From NCBI GenBank assembly GCA_043747595.1, contig JAYTOX010000055.1:1254-65253 (forward strand): DNA of 64,000 bases, in the 5' to 3' direction. Position numbers and translations under genes: made by a program. This stretch comes from Bacteroidota bacterium (GTDB lineage Bacteria > Bacteroidota > Bacteroidia > AKYH767-A > 2013-40CM-41-45). Below are positions 60,552-64,000 of this stretch, one piece after another; positions within the stretch are counted from its first letter, which is position 1; each line of letters opens with the position of its first letter. Under the pieces are notes generated by a model. The model saw only the letters and a program-made list of their open reading frames with translations. It was not told where the DNA came from and did not search any database.

Positions 60552-60559
60552 TAAATTTG
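60552..60559 (+). promoter_or_regulatory. Candidate -7 promoter element TAAATTTG for ssrA
   Basis: It matches the Bacteroidota TAnnTTTG consensus and ends 16 nt upstream of the tmRNA 5' end. No clear -33 TTG was seen. Confidence 0.4.
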
Positions 60560-60574
60560 CAGAACCAAAATAAC

Positions 60575-60938
60575 GGGGCTGCCTGGATTTGACAGTAAGT
60601 GAAATTGGTAAGTAAGCACGTCGAGGGTCGGGAATCAGCCTCGTAAAACACGGTTCTCAACTGCCTAACTGGCAACAATTCTTACGCGTTAGCTGCTTAA
60701 TCAGAAGATTAATCAATTGACTACTTCCTGAAGACCTGTTCACCCGTTTTCTCCTTTGAAGTATCGTATGGTGAATGCTCTCCGATGATGTCTCCTGCAT
60801 CGGGTCTAAGATTCAAGGAACTAAGTTGCATAATAGCGTGTGTTTAGCAGTTATGTCGCCGACAATTAATGAACACTAAGCGTGTAGAAAGTTTATTGAT
60901 TGCTTGTCTGGACGAGGGTTCAACTCCCTCCAGCTCCA
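60575..60938 (+). ncRNA. ssrA: tmRNA (SsrA), about 364 nt
   Basis: The 5' GGGGCTG pairs with the 3' CAGCTCC plus discriminator A. The tRNA-like T-arm is GAGGGTTCAACTCCCTC. An internal tag reading frame ggc aac aat tct tac gcg tta gct gct taa encodes GNNSYALAA* (60671-60700). Confidence 0.85.
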
Positions 60939-60947
60939 CAAAAAAAA

Positions 60948-60979
60948 GTGTAGAAAAATAGTTTTTTCTACACTTTTTT
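60948..60979 (+). terminator. Intrinsic terminator after ssrA
   Basis: gtgtagaaaaa-tag-tttttctacac followed by TTTTTT. Confidence 0.7.
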
Positions 60980-61135
60980 GTTTTTACTTGAAACCAGAAT
61001 TGCTTTTTAGGTTGGTTTTGATAAGTTGCAAAAACCTATAAAATCAAAAAGTAAATCAAGCTCCCTTTCCGCTTTTATCGGAGGTGGAAAATAAAACACA
61101 CTTATAGGATTATTTATAGGATATTTACGAACTTA

Positions 61136-64000
61136 TGGATACAAAAGATTATATAAACATATTCGAACAGTCTTCGGAATTGTTGGTTGTCATCGATACC
61201 AACTTTGCTATAGTGGCTGTATCTGATGCGTTTTTAAAAGCTACAACAACTGTAAGAGAAAATATTGTGGGGCGCAATGCCTTTGATGTGTTCCCAGATA
61301 ATCCTGATGATAAAACCGCAAATGGAGAAAGTATTGTACGGGCTTCTTTTAACCGGGTAATTAAAAATAAAACCAAGGATGTATTGCCTGTTGTAAAATA
61401 CGGTATTCCAAAACCGGAATCGGAGGGTGGCGGGTATGAACTGAAGTATTGGCAAGCAACTAGCTCGCCTATACTGGATGAGAATAATAATGTGAAATAT
61501 ATTATTCACCGGACTGAGGATGTTACAGAAAATAAAACCTTGATTACACAGCATGAGTTTGATAAAAAAGCGTTGAAACTAATTGCAGACAGCGAAAAGC
61601 GATACAACATGATGCTCATGAAATCGCCATTCGCTTTTGCTGTATTAAAAGGAAAAAACATGGTGATAACCCTTGCTAACGATTCCGTAAAAGAATTGTG
61701 GGGGAAAGGGAATGACTTGGAGGGAAAGCCTCTACTTGAAGTTTTGCCTGAGATTAAAGATACCGCATTTCCAGGTTTGCTTGATAAGGTGTACACCACA
61801 GGTACTCCCTTTTATGGAGATGAGCTGCTTGCTCCGATTTTGCGCAATGGTAAACTGGAAGATGTGTATTTCAATTTTGTTTATCAACCCTATCTTGAAG
61901 CAGACGAAACTATTTCGGGGGTTACTATAATTGCCATTGAAGTAACGAACGAAGTGATTGCAAAGAAAAAGATTAAAGCAAACGATGAATGGCTTCAAAA
62001 TATTTTATTGCAAGCACCTGCCGCCATTGCTGTTTTTGATGGACCGCAGCATAGGTTTGTTATGGCAAATCAGGCGTATCAAAAACAGAACAATCGCAAA
62101 GAAAAAGATTTTTTAGGTAAAAGTTTTCGTGAAGTATTTCCTGAATTGAAAAGCACCGGCTCTTTTGAGTTATTTGATAGTGTTTATGCAACCGGTGAAA
62201 CATTTACCGCAATCGAATATGGAGCAATGATTGACTCGGATAATAATGGTATCCCCAAACAGCATTATTTTAATTTTTCTTTGGAGGCGTTAAAAAACGA
62301 ATCTAAAGAAATATATGGCGTAATGGTTATGGCCTTCGATATTACAGAGCAGGTTGAAGCAAAAAAAATACTTGCAGAAAGCGAACAACGTTTTAGCAAT
62401 CTTATTTATACATCTCCATCAGCCATCGGCATTTTATTAGGAGAAGATTTGGTAATCACTATCGCTAATGAACCCATTATTGAAATTTGGGGAAAAGGAA
62501 AAGAGATAATGGGGAAGAAATGTTTTGAAGCGTTACCCGAACTGGCAGAACAAGGATATAAAGAAGTTTTTAACCAAGTGTATAAAACGGGAATACCTTT
62601 TAATGCAATTGAAACGCCTGTAAACATTTTGCAAAATGGAGTAACAACCCTCAAGTATTATAATTTTATTCTCTATCCGCAAAAAGATATAAATGGCGAA
62701 ATAAATGGCATTGGCATTATAGCTACAGAAGTTACATCACAGGCAAAATATAATTTACAAATAAAAGCAAGTGAGGAGCGTTTCAGGCTTTTGGCAATGC
62801 AAGCACCAGTCGCTATATGTGTAGTTCGCGGTAAAAAATATGTGGTCGAGATTGTCAATGCGGGAATGCTCGAAATTTGGGGCAGAACAGAGGCTCAGGT
62901 ATTAAACAAGCCTATATTTGAAGTACTCACAGAGCTTGATAATCAAGACTTTGAAGCACTGGTAGATGAGGTGTATTCAACAGGAGAAAGATTTGTAACA
63001 AATGAGCTTCCCCTAGCCATTCATCGAAACGGAAGATTGGAAGATTTATTTGTAAAATTCGTCTATGAGCCGTTGTGTGAAGCCGATGGAACTGTCTCTG
63101 GCGTGATGGTATTAGCACATGAAATTACGGAACAGGTTAATGCTCGCAAAAAAATTGAAAAAAATGAACATCGGTTTGAGGGAGCTATTTCTGCTGTTCA
63201 AGGGATTTTATGGACTAACAGTGCAATTGGCGAAATGATAGGCGAACAGTTAGCTTGGGCTTCACTTACCGGCCAAAGTTACGATGAGTATCAAGGCTTT
63301 GGATGGGCAAATGCCATTCATCCTGATGACGCTCAACCTACTATTGACGCTTGGAACGAAGCCGTTAGCGAGAGCAAGAACTTTATTTTTGAGCACCGCG
63401 TCCTATTGAAAAACGGTAACTGGGGAAATTTTTCTATTCGGGCAATTCCTTCTTTAAATTCCGAAGGGTTGATTCAGGAATGGATTGGTGTTCACACCGA
63501 TATTACCGAGCAGCGCCAGACAGAAAATGCACTAAAAAATGCAATCCACGAACAGAAAGAAGCAAAAAGTAAAGCAGAAGCCGCTGCACAAATAGCTGAG
63601 GAAGCAGTAAAAGCAAAACAGAAATTTTTGTCAAACATGAGTCATGAAATCCGAACACCTATGAATTCAATTATTGGGTTTACAAATGTGGTATTAAAAA
63701 CAGATTTAAATAAAAAACAAAAAGAATACATAAACGCAATTAAAGCATCGGGTGATGCTTTACTCGTTTTAATAAATGATATACTTGATCTTGCTAAAGT
63801 AGATGCAGGAAAAATGACCTTTGAGCAAATACCATTTAGTTTAATTGCCTCCATTTCCAGTATGATTCAGGTGTTTGAAAACAAATTACAGGAAAAAAAT
63901 TTAAAATTAGTTTCAGAGTATGACGTTTCTATTCCTGAAGTTTTAGAAGGCGACCCGATGCGTTTGCGTCAAATAATTTTAAACCTGATAAGTAATGCAG
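61136..64000 (+). CDS. Multi-PAS sensor histidine kinase, 3'-truncated by the window end
   Basis: The reading frame is open from the ATG at 61136 (an in-frame TAA is at 61052) to the window end. There are at least five PAS-like modules, each with the pattern (I/V)xxxxDIT(E/Q)Q. The HisKA H-box SHEIRTPMNSIIGF is at about 63640. The gene is absent from the ORF track because there is no stop codon in the window. Confidence 0.8.

Noticed and set aside
60939-61135. Genomic island integrated at the tmRNA 3' end
   Set aside because: There is no integrase gene and no direct repeat of the ssrA 3' end downstream. Only a terminator and an ordinary promoter region precede the kinase gene.
61149-63854. 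A series of 60-106 aa minus-strand ORFs
   Set aside because: They are antisense to a long uninterrupted plus-strand multi-PAS histidine kinase frame that is missing from the track because it has no stop in the window.

Overview
This 64-kb window looks like chromosomal DNA from a low-GC member of the Bacteroidota. The evidence is a T9SS C-terminal sorting domain, a complete Bat aerotolerance operon, TAnnTTTG-type promoter elements upstream of the tRNA and tmRNA genes, a DUF4293-like gene upstream of rho with a large N-terminal insertion, and a tmRNA tag ending in YALAA. It is gene-dense on both strands. Housekeeping content includes lon, rho, xth, ubiE, pdxH, an amidase, an LptD-like protein, MlaD, an ABC-F ATPase and a Ser-Pro-Arg tRNA cluster. 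It also has a LytS/LytTR two-component pair and an oligopeptide-type ABC importer. RNA features not visible in the ORF track are three tRNAs (21.7-22.1 kb) and a tmRNA (ssrA, about 60575-60938) with its own promoter element and intrinsic terminator. The most unusual coding feature is a 1642-aa T9SS cargo protein (55542-60470). It combines an N-terminal HExxHxxGxxH metzincin module, about 13-14 tandem 70-aa four-cysteine SprB-like repeats, and a Por-secretion C-terminal domain. Other notable items are a cassette of four uncharacterised secreted or outer-membrane proteins (12.3-15.2 kb) and several intergenic repeat families. These are a 57-bp minisatellite at 0.5-0.8 kb, a 14-bp A/T-rich array plus 19-bp palindrome upstream of the ABC-F gene, a 160-bp hairpin-bearing tandem element next to the tRNA cluster, and a REP-like hairpin cluster at 51.6-51.8 kb that supplies the last codons of a TrmH-family gene. 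There is also an orphan intrinsic terminator in a 490-bp ORF-free region, and a Rho N-terminal insertion carrying a perfect 3x10-aa tandem repeat. A 3'-truncated multi-PAS sensor kinase (61136 to window end) is missing from the ORF track because it has no stop codon in the window. I found no CRISPR array, integrase, transposase or clear defence island. All functional calls come from motif and architecture recognition by eye, not from database searches.
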